Positions 63,851 through 64,000 of a stretch of 64,000 nucleotides of DNA are shown here, piece after piece (within the stretch, counting starts at the first letter, position 1; every line of letters begins with the position of its first letter). A program made the translations under genes and the position numbers. This stretch comes from Balanoglossus misakiensis (lineage: Eukaryota > Animalia > Hemichordata). The stretch spans positions 5,998,303 to 6,062,302 of the forward strand of contig CM082582.2 in the NCBI GenBank assembly GCA_040954595.2, given 5' to 3'. The notes under the pieces were generated by a model. The model had not been told where the DNA came from, searched no databases, and saw only the letters and a list, made by a program, of their open reading frames with translations.

Positions 63851-64000
63851 ACATGACCTCATTCAGGACCGGAAGTGCAGTGATCCCAACTCGCACGCCC
63901 TCAGGCGACAAGAGTCTATGAACTTTCTACTTTATTGAGAACTCGGAACCCGCGAATTGATATGGCATTCCTCACACGCACAAGCCCCCGTGTTCACACT

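Larger units (their letters stand above)
61289..63860. mobile_element. Decayed ISL2EU-like (PIF/Harbinger-related) DNA transposon: THAP on + converging on SAP-like/SWIM/YqaJ nuclease on -
   Basis: THAP remnant plus a YqaJ exonuclease ORF in convergent orientation is the known ISL2EU two-gene layout. The termini were not identified. Confidence 0.65.

Overview
Eukaryotic, intron-rich genomic DNA. The gene content (pentraxin, F-type lectin and LamG expansions; TTAGGG repeats; hairpin MITEs) suggests a marine invertebrate, probably a deuterostome; this is inference only. Hand splicing at GT-AG sites gives four genes. (1) The 3' half of an ASMT-like O-methyltransferase (+, 286-1903). (2) One giant secreted lectin gene (+, 4875-47813; 70 coding exons; 21,459 nt, about 7,150 aa by my exon sums): signal peptide, LamG-like domain, 26 tandem pentraxin domains, an acidic (PEVTEA)n stalk and 7 F-type lectin domains. 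The pentraxins show 2/4/8-mer periodicity and exon-restricted homogenisation, and lack the canonical Ca2+ ligands. (3) A 190-aa secreted Cys-containing orphan whose ATG is split by an intron (+, 48589-50288). (4) A 917-aa minus-strand protein (60046-53484) with two NGLY1-type PAW domains, ankyrin repeats, a basic disordered region and a C-terminal SH3/Tudor-like barrel. The right end holds a decayed ISL2EU-like transposon (THAP plus SWIM-YqaJ) with an internal inversion. Several hairpin MITEs occur, including one carrying inverted telomere repeats and one inserted into a splice acceptor. All splice models are manual and lack transcript support.
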